This document shows, piece after piece, positions 11,941 to 24,110 of a stretch of 64,000 nt of DNA. Origin of the DNA: Lytechinus pictus (taxonomy: Eukaryota); assembly GCF_037042905.1 (NCBI RefSeq), contig NC_087251.1, positions 1,798,001-1,862,000 on the forward strand, in the 5' to 3' direction. The position numbers and the translations under genes are program-made. A model generated the notes under the pieces. It did not search any database. It was not told the DNA's origin and worked only from the letters and a program-made list of their open reading frames with translations. Position 1 is the stretch's first letter. The number at the start of each line of letters is the position of its first letter.

Positions 11941-12187
11941 AAAGATTTTGCAGAAAGCAATAAAAGAATCATTCTGTAAAATCATAAAACAGGAATTTTT
12001 CTGCAATTTATCAGAACAGGTCTGTTTCAAAAGGGGACAAGGGTGTTTTCTTTAAGGAAATTTGTAAGGTTCCCTACACCAAATACCAATTTCCTGTAAG
12101 ATTACGCAATCTGGTAAGATTACAGGTGTTCTCGAGACTCTGCTGCAGGAACTTCTTTTATTTTTAAGGATAAATTTTCTAACAGTG
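11907..12187. mobile_element. CACTG-ended (CACTA/EnSpm-like) MITE
   Basis: CACTGTTA ... TAACAGTG ends with a 2-bp TG duplication. Confidence 0.65.
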
Positions 12188-12470
12188 TGCCAGTGATTTA
12201 AACACCCAAGACCCCGAATCTACCACATACTTTTTTTTTTCATAACAGCCGCCCCCACCCCCATTTGTCATGCAACGGTGGTAACTTTGTCATCATCAAT
12301 GATAGCTTTCGTTAAACGTGTGATTCGATTGGCTTTTAGAATATATTTGAGTAAGTTTAGGCAGTGGAAAAAATTATAAAACCAAAGATTAAACAAATAG
12401 GCCTAAGCATTTAAATACCCATATTCGTAATATCAAATAACAGTCAATGTTTGAGTTTGGTACTACTTAC

Positions 12471-12606
12471 GTGGCACAAGGTCTTTCTGAAGATTTCACA
12501 CAGAAGTTATGGTCATATCCTAGTCCTGGAACATCTTTGATTTTATCCTTAAGTCTGGTTGGACTTCGCAGGTCAAAAACCGTATTATCAACACAACTGA
12601 TCTCCC
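12471..12606 (-). CDS. GALM: GALM coding exon 5
   Basis: aatcag|GG acceptor and AC|gtaag donor. Encodes EISCVDNTVFDLRSPTRL...GYDHNFCV; phases 1 and 2 fit the neighbouring exons. Confidence 0.9.
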
Positions 12607-12648
12607 CTGATTGCAACAATATACAGAAAACTAATGATAGGCCCTGGT

Positions 12649-12806
12649 CGGTGTTTCATAAAGCTGTTAAGAGCGACTTTAAGAACGACTGGTGATCCTT
12701 TCTTACGCGCTAAAGCATTGCCAATGAAAATGCCATTTACCACAAGAAAGGTTTACCAGTTGTTCTTAAAGTCGCTCTTAACTTACGAACAGCTTTATGA
12801 AACACC
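12649..12806. mobile_element. Short MITE
   Basis: GGTGTTTCATAAAGCTGTT ... AACAGCTTTATGAAACACC inverted ends. Confidence 0.65.
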
Positions 12807-12900
12807 CACCGGGATGTTTTGTTGTTGTTGTTTTTGTTCGTGCATCGTCTTGATGATGACACTGTTCAATTCCATATTAAACTTATCAAATCTGGGCAGC

Positions 12901-13079
12901 NNNNNNNNNNNNNNNNNNNNNNNNNNNNNNNNNNNNNNNNNNNNNNNNNNNNNNNNNNNNNNNNNNNNNNNNNNNNNNNNNNNNNNNNNNNNNNNNNNNN
13001 NNNNNNNNNNNNNNNNNNNNNNNNNNNNNNNNNNNNNNNNNNNNNNNNNNNNNNNNNNNNNNNNNNNNNNNNNNNNNNN
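12901..13079. other. Assembly gap
   Basis: Run of N. Confidence 1.
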
Positions 13080-13369
13080 AAATATTGATAATAACAATAA
13101 TGTCAACAACAATAATAACAACAATAATAATGATGATAATTATACAACTTATAATAATTCACAATAACGATCGTCGTAAGATTGAATAATTATAATTATA
13201 ATATGAGGAAAATAAGCCGATCGATTTGAGAGTAATCTACTAAATCTAGGTAAACCTCGTCATTTCTTGACATTAAAGTCATCACTAGTAAAAGAAGAAC
13301 GAGCCATTGCTAGCTTAGATGAATTCTTGAGTTGCGTTTAATTGCAAAGATTTTTTATGAACAACAAAC

Positions 13370-13454
13370 CTGTTGGTATAGAAGTTTCCTTCTCTATAGG
13401 TGTGTATTTATCAGAATCAATCTCAACTATATGATCGAGGACACTGCCAGAATC
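13370..13454 (-). CDS. GALM: GALM coding exon 4
   Basis: aaag|GAT acceptor and G|gtttg donor. Encodes DSGSVLDHIVEIDSDKYTPIEKETSIPT(G), matching the DH...YTP...IPTG segment. Confidence 0.88.
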
Positions 13455-13656
13455 CTTTTATTTTAGTGGGGAGAAAAATAATAATTCATTGTCTTTAGAG
13501 GCGAGAATGCTATCCATCAATCATGTTCATCTTATATGAAACTAATGAGTATGGATCATGACGTGGTCAAGAAATAAAAGGGTTGTGACAATTGATAGTG
13601 CGAAAAGTTGCAAGCGTTGCGATTTTCTGCAAAGTACATGTGTATAGTGTAAAGAA

Positions 13657-15090
13657 CAGTGGCGTAACTACGGGGGGGGGGGGGGAGGGGCATGGGGGGG
13701 CACGTGCCCCCCCCCCCCAATCGGCTGGCAAAAAAAAAAAATATTGTTAATTATGTTATATTATATTATAATTATGTTATGTTACATTACATTAAAATAA
13801 AAAAAATCATAACTTTATGAAACATAATTTGCTCAGGGCCTATGTCTTCATTGTTCCTGATGCTCGCATTGTCTGTTTAACGAGATATATAATCCTGTTG
13901 TACTAAAACCTCCCGTTTTCAAGTCAATATACACCAAATATATTTCCTCGCACTTCGAATTATTATTGTTTTATGTAGTAAAATATCATTTTAGGGTCTT
14001 AATATAAAACATTTCCCGTCCGTGCTTACGTTCGCATTAGTGAAATATGTCTGCTTTTCATGAATTCCTAAAATCAGTCCTTAAAATGTCCCTTTTTCTG
14101 ATCTGCATATCAAAAATTACAGCGTGCGCTCGCATCATTTGGTTAGTGAAATACGCATGGTCTACTTGAATTCCTACAAACAAGCCTTAGAATGCCCCTC
14201 TTCAGGTGTGAATTTCCAAATTTTTCTCCTCGAGCTTCGCGCTCGCAATATTTGACTATTGAGATGCGTATGATAATCATGACTACAATGACTACAAAAA
14301 GTATGTCTTTAGGTGTAATTCTAACAAAATCAGCATGCGCTTGGCACTCGCATTAGATGACTATGGTGAGATATGTGTACTCTTAATGGATTCTTTTAAA
14401 AAATAGTCATTAAAATATTCATGTTTGGGGTCAATATATACAAAAATTTTAGCTCGCGCTTCGCGCTCGCTTCATTTGGTTAATAAAAATTCGTATGGTC
14501 TTCGTGAATTCCTACAAACAAGCCTTAAAATGTCCCTCTTCCATGTATTCAGGTCTGAATTTCCTACATTTTCAGCTCGCGCTTCACGCTCGCAATATTT
14601 GATTAGTGAGATGCGCATGTTAATCATGATTACAATGACTACACGTGCTTTATGTGTTTGGATGCATATAATTCTAACAAAATCAGCAAGCGCTTGGCAC
14701 TCGCATTAGATTACTATGGTGAGATATGTATACTCTTAATAGATTCATAAAATATAGTCCTTAAAATGTCCGTTTGGGGTCAATATATACAAAAATTTCA
14801 GCTCGCGCTTCGCGCTCGCATTGTTTGTTTAGCGAGACAGGTACACATCATGATTACAAAAATTTGCTTATAATGTCCCTTTTTTAGGTCTGAATATCAA
14901 AAATTTTAAGCTCGCGCTTCGCGCTCGCATTATGTGATCAGTGACATACATATCCGTTTAATGACACTGTCCTTAAAATGTCTCTATTAGGTCAGCATAC
15001 CTAGCAACTGAGCGCGCGAAGCGCGCTCACTAGGTGACTCAAATTTTTTGCTGGTGCCCCCCCAATGCTGTGACCCACGGTACGCCACTG
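13657..15090. mobile_element. hAT-like non-autonomous element with internal repeats
   Basis: CAGTGGCGTA ... TACGCCACTG TIRs; 8-bp flanks GTAAAGAA / GTAACGAA (7 of 8 match); repeated GCTCGCGCTTCGCGCTCGCA motifs inside. Confidence 0.85.
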
Positions 15091-15664
15091 GTAACGAACA
15101 ACTGCAAACGATCGATCAACTAATATGGAACCCCATTAAATGATGACCAGTGGTGTCGTTATCGTATTCAAAGACATATCACGTATCATTATCGCACATG
15201 TATATTTCAACATGTCTCTGCCATTAATTGATTATATTTTGAAAATTAATGAATTAATGAACTCAGAAAACAGATAATATATCCGATGATGATGGTGGTG
15301 GTGGTGCACATGGTGACGATGATGAAATATAATGATATCGTTGAAAATCGATACATAAATAAGAAAAGCAGAATACAAAAGTATTGGTCACAATCACGAT
15401 ATTCATAATTTTGATGTAACAATTATGATCAAATCATATCGCAATCTTCCATAATTTCATGCATCATTACGTCATTGTTAAAAACTCGTACTATATAAGC
15501 CTTACAATTAAGACAGTGGATTAAATTTCGAATATCGGGTTGTATATCATTACCCGTATTTCACACAAAAATCGAATGCAGACAAAAACAAAGAGAGTTT
15601 GTGTATTTTCAAGACATCCAAGCTTTCAATTCCAGCAATAAAAATATAAATAATTCATACTCAC

Positions 15665-15877
15665 GTGACCCCCAAGGTTGAAGTAGGAATGGTTGGTGAG
15701 ATTGATGGGCGTGGCTTTTGTTGTCTTTGCAGCGTACGACATGATTAGCTTATTATCATTGGTGAGTTGATAATTGATGGTGATAGTTACTTCGCCTGGA
15801 TAACTATTTTCACCATCGGGGCTTGTGTAGCTGAAAGATACACCATTTCCATTGATGTGACCCACATCCCACACTCG
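15665..15877 (-). CDS. GALM: GALM coding exon 3
   Basis: Encodes RVWD...SPDGENSYPG...TPINLTNHSYFNLGGH (aldose 1-epimerase signature with catalytic His); donor CAC|gtgag. Confidence 0.93.
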
Positions 15878-16502
15878 CTTTACAGAGCGGAATGAAAAAA
15901 AAAATCGGACGTTCATATCTATATAATATATATACTGTATATATATATATATGTATAATTATAATGATAATACTAATTAATTAATTATACAATAAGATGA
16001 GTATTCGCATGAGTATTATTTTCCCTTTAAATTATTGTGAGAAATCGATATTCAAACAGCCCCTCTAGGTCATAATCACACTTCTTATATTATTGATTTT
16101 TCTATACCTTCGTCATTTTCATCGAATCTTCTTGATGAATATACATGTATTTCCCCGTGTATTTTTCACTAACAATCTTTTAGAATGTCAACCACTGATT
16201 TTAAATATCTAATTGGTTTAAGGCTCGCTCACTTTGCTCTACTGTAAATATCCTTTTAAAAATGTGAATACTGTCAAATAGTACGGGAGATGTTGATCAT
16301 CGTGGTAGTAGAAAATAAGAAATACTATCAAAACCAGACCCCCAAACTTTCATTACTATGCCAATGTTCGTATACATAAGCACAATTCGATAGGTGCTTA
16401 AGCAGAACTTCAAGTAATTGGATTTCTGAAATTTGTGAGCAAGGTAAAATTTAATCCACATAATTGGTGTATCAAATTAATTATTTGTCTGATTGTGCTT
16501 AC

Positions 16503-16657
16503 ATGTGAGAAACTGCTTACACCTCCATGGATATGGTTTGGACCATTATTAATCTCTAGCTGATAAGCAACACCATCCAAGGAGAACTGTCCATTAGCTA
16601 TCCGGTTTGCAACACGACCAACGATAACACCAAAATAAGGGGAATTGCTCTCATATC
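16503..16657 (-). CDS. GALM: GALM coding exon 2
   Basis: catcag|GA acceptor and CAT|gtaag donor. Encodes YESNSPYFGVIVGRVANRIANGQF...NNGPNHIHGG. Confidence 0.93.
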
Positions 16658-17904
16658 CTGATGAAGGAAGAGTCATTCAGCAACAAAGCGGTTCAATGAA
16701 TGAGTGAATATACAAATAAGTTTTTTTTTTTTAATTACTATTTGGATAATCGCCCTTATACGCGTAGGCGTATACATCCCCAAACCATCAAGGTTCTCAC
16801 ATTTTGTGCATTTATATAAATAATGTAGAAATAATGTAATGTAATAAATAATGTAGAAATTTGTCACAAGGAAGAAAATAACTGTTTATTTCGATTGAAT
16901 TGAATGTCTTCAAAATAATAAGCGAAAGACAGAATATTGAACAAAAATGGATTGAAAAAAATGATCCCTTTTCGTTATTACACAAGTAAAATTATGTAAA
17001 GACATTTGCCTGAGTAAGAAGCTATACAGGCGGTCTTAATGGACCAATGCCGTATTCAGAATGATTTTGAATTTTAGCACTACTTGAGCTTAAACCAAGT
17101 GTCTTTAACTTCATAACGGCAGCTAATGAATTTTCTGTTTTAAAAAAAGAGAAGAGATTATTATACCATTGTGACATTGGGTTGTGTAGGAGCACAGATT
17201 ATCAAATTTCTGCGAACATACCCGAACATGACTATTGTGTAAAACAAAAATCTTTCCTTTTTTCAAAGCAATAAGCTTTGTGCCCCCCCCCCCGACACCT
17301 GGTAGAATTTAAGTAACTCTATCGTGTCTATAGGATAGTGAAGAGTCAGTGACATTGATGTTGTACATTGCCATCGGAAGCCCAAAAGCAAAAAGTGCTA
17401 TGAAATGGTAATTAACAGGGAGAAAGTAGATGATAGGTATTTTTTCATGGGAATGTGCTTTAAATATTATTTTCCTTGGTTTTAATTGGCTAAGGAGTAT
17501 AGGAGATTGTTACTATAGTAACTGTCGGATAAAACAGACTTAATGTGCAAGTCATTTAAGCAACTTGAATGGTGCAGTTATTGTGCAGTATACAGCATGT
17601 AGAAAGGGCATATAGAGATGAGAGCATTATAAGAAGATTCAAATTTGAATCCACTTTTACGTGAAATGTCATACACCGCCCTAAAAGTGTGGTGCAAATA
17701 ATAAAAAAGATGCATTTTATTTGCACCATTTTTTTTTACTAGGGTGCGATATGAAACCCCAGTGGTACTGTCGATGTTAACATGGTCAAAGAGCAAACCT
17801 AAACTTTTCTCCCCAGAAATTCATTAAACATGGAAAACGATTTTAGGGATATTTTGAACATGAGAAAGTTCATGTACTATAATATATATATATATATAAT
17901 ATAC

Positions 17905-18091
17905 CTTTGATGTCAGGCCAGCCCAAGACAACGTCATCTATCTTTCCATTCTTATCAGGTATCCAAAGCTCGGTTATAGCAGCACCATAGTTGATGATCT
18001 TAGCAACCAGTCCGTTCACATTGCTCAATGTATACTGTTCTACCAGTTGATTGTTTGCAGTGTGACCGTATTCTTCTTTAGTGACAGGCAT
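17905..18091 (-). CDS. GALM: GALM coding exon 1 (aldose 1-epimerase / galactose mutarotase)
   Basis: ATG at 18091, MPVTKEEYG...IINYGAAITEL...DDVVLG, donor G|gtata. The seven exons total 1029 nt = 342 aa + stop with all phases consistent. Confidence 0.92.
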
Positions 18092-18125
18092 ACCAAAATA
18101 AGTAGGCTACAAAGTGATAATAAAA

Positions 18126-21100
18126 GAAGAATAGATCTTGAAGTCTTCAATGAACATATAGAAAGTGTGTGCATCGAAATCATTGGGAATAATACTAGTA
18201 TCATAGTTTTAGTGGCCTACCGTCCACCTCGTTATAATCCTGTGAAATTTATTGAATTTATTCAACCTATACTTCATGTCATTTCTCGTGAAGATAAACA
18301 ATGTGTATTACTTGGGGATTTCAATGTTGATATTATGAAATATAATCACTCAAATCATGTTAATGATTTTGTAGATGTATTGCATTCATTCTCTTTTGAT
18401 CCACAAATATGCAGGCCAACCAGAATAACATCACATTCTGCCACAATACTTGACAATATATTTTGTAATCAAACTGATAAGGTAATTCATGCTGGTATTC
18501 TTTTAACTGACGTGAGTGATCACTTGTCACCATTTATCATTACCAGTGCTCCCTCTTTTATGAACAAGTCAAATGATGTGATCAAATCTATAAAAAGGAG
18601 AATCTTTAGTGATGAAAACAAAGGAATATTTCAAAGGAGATTGCATGAAGTTCATTGGGGTCACCTAAGTTCCTTAATGGATGTGGATGAAAAGTTTGAT
18701 GAATTTTTAAGTATCTTCTTGAAAATATTTGACGAATGCTTTCCTGTCACTGAAACTACACTGAACCTGAAAAGAAATAAGAAACCTTGGTTTAATTCGC
18801 ACCTAAAAAAAGTATGTAAGAAGAAACACGACTTATATAGAAAGTTTGTAAATAATCCCTCTTCATACCGTGAAACCACTTATCAAAATTATAGGAATTT
18901 TGTAAATAAGGAGATTCGAAATAGCAAGCGTAAATATTATAATAATAAATTTATAAACTTAAAAAATAATCCACGTGCAACCTGGAAAGTTATAAATGAA
19001 GTTCTTCATAAAGCCTCTAGGTCTCATGATTTTCAGCTTGAAGATGCAGACAATGTAGGTTCACATATTGTTAATAAGAATTTGATAGTAAACATGTTTA
19101 ATTCATATTTTTGTAACATAGGTCTTGACATTCAAAATAAACTTGATTCAAGTAATTCTGTCATTGGAAACTTTGAACAATTTTTACATGGGAATTTTGT
19201 CAAGTCAATGTTTTTTTCTAGAATAACACAAGGAGATATTTTGGAAGTTGTTCATAAACTGGATCCCAGTAAGAGTTCAGGGTATGATGATCTTGATCCT
19301 AAGATCATTAAATGTAGTATTCTTGCCATAGTTACTCCACTTTGTGATATTTTTAATGCATCTCTTGCCCAAGGGAATTTTCCTAGATCTCTTAAGATAG
19401 CAAAAGTAATACCAGTTTTCAAGAGTGGAAATAAAAGTAAACTTACCAATTATAGACCTATATCTGTTTTGAGCACCTTTTGTAAAATATTTGAGAGACT
19501 TGTTTACAATAAATTGATGACTTACATTTCAAACAATGATATTTTATGTGCTAAACAATATGGATTCAGACATGGGTATAGCACAAACTTAGCACTCATT
19601 GATTTCACAGATAGACTTGCAAAGGCTTTTGAAAATAAACAAACCACAGTTGGCATTTTTTTAGATTTATCTAAAGCATTTGATTCAATTGACCATTCTA
19701 TTTTACTTAAGAAATTACAATTTTATGGAATCAGAGGTTTAGTTTTACAATGGTTCACTAGTTATTTAAACGGTAGAAAACAATTTGTAAAAATTCAGGA
19801 TTTCATCTCTGATTGTAGGAATATAACCGTAGGCGTACCGCAAGGTTCGATTCTCGGTCCGCTCTTGTTTTTGTTATATATCAACGATCTTCAATTTGCT
19901 AGTAGTATTCTGTCAATTTTGCTTTTCGCAGATGATACCAACCTTTTTTTAAGTGGAAAAAATCTAATAGATTTAAATAACATACTACAAATTGAATTGG
20001 TTCATATTAGTGATTGGTTTTTTGCAAATAGATTGTTGGTAAACTATGATAAGACTTGTTACATGATCTTCAAATCTAAAAAACATAACAATGATGACGA
20101 CTTTGTCAACATTTCTCTTAACGGTATCACTATTAAGAGAGTAACCAATACAACATTTTTAGGAGTGACCATTGACTCCAACCTCTCTTGGAGAGTGCAC
20201 ATTGATAACTTATGTACCAAAATATCTCAAGCCATTGGCATTTTGAATAGACTAAAAAAAATCCTTCCATTAAATGTATGTGTTACTTTGTACCACACAA
20301 TGATTTCACCATATATAACTTATTGTATTACTGTATGGGGTAATTGTGCGAAATACCTTATCAATAGAATTTCCATTTTACAAAAAAGAGCAATTAGAGT
20401 AATCACAGATAGTCATTATCTTGATCATACTGATCCCCTTTTTAACAAACTTAAAATTTTAAAAGTTCATGACTTGTACAATTTGCAAACGGCTTGTTTT
20501 GTGTTTTCAGCAATGAAGAAGCTCCTACCTCAAGTATTTAATGATTATTTTGTGTATAGATATTTTTTTAATAGGTATAATTGTCGTAACTCTTATGAAT
20601 ATCCCCTCATGGGGTTATCAATTTTCTAGAAGTACTATATGTTATAGTGGACCTGTTTTATGGAATTCTTTGCCCCAAGATATGAAGCAATGCCCAACCA
20701 TAAGTAATTTTAAAAGAAAATATAAGATATTTTTATTGAATTGTTACATTAATAGGTAAATTCAACTTATTGCATGTTTTTTTTTTTTTCTTTCTTTTTT
20801 TCTTTTTTTATGTAGGGTCTTTCTTTTCTATTTCTATTAAATCCAATAACTGGTTTCTTTTTTTGCAGTATACAAGGGATCAGCCTAGACAGGCCAACGG
20901 CTTATTGCTGATCCCCCACATCCACTGCTACTTAATGTTATTCACTCCTATCTGTTCACTTTTTTACAATTGATTTATCGTGTATTTTTTTTCTTTGTTT
21001 CTATTGTGTATATTTGTATGAATATGTTTTTATATTGTATTTGTCATTTGAATGTTTTTATGAGAGGTGTGAAATAAATGAAATTGAATTGAATTGAATT

Positions 21101-21126
21101 GAATTGAATTGAATTGAATTGAATTG
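18126..21126 (+). mobile_element. Non-LTR retrotransposon (CR1/L2 group, Crack-like), 5'-truncated within the APE domain
   Basis: ORF with APE motifs YRPP, LGDFN, LDNIF and SDH, and RT motifs FLDLSKAFD, GVPQGSILGP and FADD. One frameshift near 20610, with the C-terminus ending at 20759. A 3' stem-loop lies at ~20876-20915, followed by a (GAATT)n tail. Candidate TSD AATAAAA at 18119-18125 and 21127-21133. Confidence 0.93.
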
Positions 21127-21425
21127 AATAAAATAATGAATGATGAAATAGAAATACCGGGATGCAGTCACCATGCACACTGCACTCGGCCGAGAGCTGT
21201 CAAAAGGTCAAGTAATACATCTTAATTTCGGCACAACTTGTAAGGCAACACTAGCCTATAATCTAGTCTATTATCTAGGCGGAGGCTGCAGCTACTTTCT
21301 TTGCTTTCACGAGCCTGAAAATTTCACGAAACGTAAGCAATATGTCTGATGCGGCAAAACTACGGAAAATGACTGCGAATCTCCTACTGTAGTCTCGCTT
21401 ATTGATTTTCAGACGCATCGTTTAC

Positions 21426-21470
21426 CTTTCCAGTAAAGATAAAGCGGCAACCTCCAAGATGGCAACATTT
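21426..21470 (-). promoter_or_regulatory. Candidate GALM non-coding first exon / promoter-proximal region
   Basis: An acceptor tttgtag lies 15 nt upstream of the GALM ATG (18107-18108), implying a 5'UTR intron. A donor GGAAAG|gtaaac sits at 21426/21425 and a YY1-like CAAGATGGC at 21455-21463, in a CpG-richer patch. Confidence 0.35.
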
Positions 21471-21500
21471 TGACAATCTCACATAGGCCTCAGCTTTTCT

Positions 21501-22466
21501 TCATTATTCCAACATGATTGAAACACCCAGTTCCCACTGTTACGATTCGCGCCACGGTTGAAACTTTGGTCTGATCGTGTCAGATCTTACCGGATCTTGA
21601 GGTCAGTTGTAGCAATCGTATTCATTATTCCAACATGATTGAAACACCCAGTTCCCGCTGTCACGATTCGCGCCACGATTGAAACCTTGGTCTAATCGTG
21701 TCAGATCTTACCAGATCTTGAGGTCAGTTGTAGCAATCGTATTCATTATTCCAACATGATTGAAACACCCAGTTCCCACTGTCACGATTCGCGCCACGAT
21801 TGAAACCTTGGTCTAATCGTGTCAGATCTTAACAGATCTTGAGGTCAGTCGTAGCAATCGTATTCATTATTCCAACATGATTGAAACACCCAGTTCCCAC
21901 TGTCTCGATTCGCGCCACGATTGAAACTTTGGTCTAATCGTGTCAGATCTTATCAGATATTGAGGTCAGTGGTAGCAATCGTATTCATTATTCCAACATG
22001 ATTGAAACACCCAGTTCCCACTGTCTCGATTCGCGCCACGATTGAAACCTTGGTCTAATCGTGTCAGATCTTATCAGATCTTGAGGTCAGTCTTAGCAAT
22101 CGTATTCATTATTCCAACATGATTGAAACACCCAGTTCACACTGTCACGATTCGCGCCACGATTGAAACCTTGGTCTAATCGTGTCAGATCTTATCAGAT
22201 CTTGAGGTCAGTCGTAGCAATCGTATTCATTATTCCAACATGATTGAAACACCCAGTTCCCACTGTCTCGATTCGCGCCACGATTGAAACTTTGGTCTAA
22301 TCGTGTCAGATCGTATCAGATCATGAGGTCAGTCGTAGCAATCGTATTCATTCTTCCAACATGATTGAAACACCCAGTTCCCACTGTCTCGATTCGCGCC
22401 ACGATTGAAACATTGGTCTAATCGTGTCAGATCTTATCAGATCTTGAGGTAAGTCATGGCAATCGT
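21501..22466. repeat. Tandem array, 121-bp unit x 8
   Basis: Units start at 21501, 21622, 21743, 21864, 21985, 22106, 22227 and 22348 (TCATTATTCCAACATGATTGAAACACCCAGTTCCCACTGTC...); near-identical and without spacers. Confidence 0.95.
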
Positions 22467-22665
22467 TGTGATTGTAAATGAAATTATGGATGGCCCAAAT
22501 ATGTTCGCGATCAACTACGAAAGGCCAATCGTAACTGATCACACGACAGTGGGAAGGAGATATGCGTATAGGTCAATCACCTTTTAAATTACATGAAGTT
22601 CAATGACTAACCTAATGCAGAAACTCCGGTGTAGATTTACCACCAGCCCGTAATCTATATGCCCG

Positions 22666-22797
22666 CACCAGAGAAATGTTAAACAACACCAGTTTGGTTT
22701 TGGTCTAACACAAGATATGTGTTAATACACCAATTTAGTATTGAAACAGCATCGGTTTGATCCCAACCTGGTGTTGTTTGAAAACTTCTCTGGTGTG
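22666..22797. mobile_element. Short MITE
   Basis: CACCAGAGAA...AAACAACACCAG and CTGGTGTTGTTT...TTCTCTGGTG inverted ends. Confidence 0.55.
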
Positions 22798-23339
22798 GAC
22801 ATAGATTCCGGGCCGGGATTCCGGACTGGTGTTTATTTATTTATTATTTATCTATCTATCTATTTATTCATTTATCTATTTATTCATTTATTAGAACATA
22901 TTAATTCAGGTAAAAAAGATCAGCATAAAACTGTTTTTCATCAATGACCTGACGAAAACATAAAGAACAACATAAATCATCATATCATACAAAAAAATAA
23001 AGTCAATTGATAAAAAAAATAAAGTCAAAATCTAACAATGCTTGGTAACATAAATAACAAATATTTTTACTTAAATGATAATATGAATCAAATTTATCAA
23101 AAGGGAACAGTTACTAATTATAAAACTACTAATTGTATAATTCATTCACTGATAAAAAACACTGAAATGATAGCAATGAAATCAACACCGGCGTTTGTGT
23201 AGGTCGATACATCTCGTTCACCCAGCAAACTCATTATAACCTTTATCTTTGACGTGAGAACATGAATGAGGCCAATGAACTGAGAGGTGTATAGAATTAT
23301 ATTTTCCGGTGAATTTTATTTTATATATGTTTGAAACGA

Positions 23340-23525
23340 ACATCCTATAGCTCCCGACTAAGCCACTTTGAAAGTCCGGGGCTCGAGGGTGTTCGATCCC
23401 CGGACAAGGCATCTATGTCCGAGAGCAACAGTGCTCTTTTATCCTGCATTACATGGAAATGCAATATGCATTCTTGGTTTTCAATAATAATCATAATATC
23501 AAAAATAATAATAATAATGATTATA
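23340..23525 (+). mobile_element. Probable tRNA-derived SINE fragment
   Basis: B-box-like GTTCGATCCC at ~23390-23399 followed by a short body and an (AAT)n-like tail. Confidence 0.4.
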
Positions 23526-23904
23526 ATCCTATAAATATACATGGATCAAGGAATTGAGAGACAACTGGTCTGGAATGTTGGCGAGAGAAAAGGTTATAGG
23601 GAAAATTAGGATGCGTTAAAAAGTTTTATTTTCAATTCATTAGGGCAGATGGGTGTGTAGATGATAGAGACACAGTGGGAAGCAGAAATGGTATTAGCCT
23701 CTTGTCGAGGCTCTGGTGGCTCTCCCGAGCAAAGAGAGTGATACCTTACATACCTCGCGAAGTGCGTTAGGCCTGGCGAGCGACAGGGGTTAGAGAATAA
23801 AGATGAGTCGCCAGGGCCTCGACAAGAGTCTATATTGATATAGGATTTAAAAAAATAAGTACTACAAAAGTAGTTCATAAACAGCTGACAATGCAGTGAA
23901 AAAA

Positions 23905-24110
23905 ATTCAATTCAATTCAATTTCATTTTCCACATATTGAGTAAAAAACATGCAATATCATTACAATCGAATACATACATAAATAATAAACAATACAAAT
24001 ATAAAAAGTTACAATATATTACTTAAAAAATACATAGAAAATCAAAATGTGGAGGGGATTGACAAAGGCCATATTGATCTATCAAGGTCAATCCCCAATG
24101 AAAGAAATAA
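23905..24110 (-). mobile_element. 3' end fragment of a (GAATT)n-tailed LINE
   Basis: (AATTC)n on the + strand at ~23905-23925, and a GGGGATTGAC...GTCAATCCCC stem-loop like the one at ~20876-20915. Confidence 0.5.

Noticed and set aside
12901-13079. A GALM exon hidden in the gap
   Set aside because: The expected exon was found at 13370-13454 and the gene is complete without the gap.
12634-13167. ORFs spanning N runs (also 39640-40164)
   Set aside because: Artefacts of translating assembly gaps.
18047-18125. LINE ORF overlapping GALM exon 1 as a real antisense fusion
   Set aside because: The start is a TTG and the first ~26 codons are host sequence outside the TSD; this is a chance open frame into a truncated LINE.
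21501-22466. CRISPR-like array
   Set aside because: The units are contiguous near-identical 121-mers with no unique spacers, there are no cas genes, and the context is eukaryotic.
23576-23890. Possible solo LTR (TG...CA)
   Set aside because: No matching TSD and no second copy in the window; cannot be supported.
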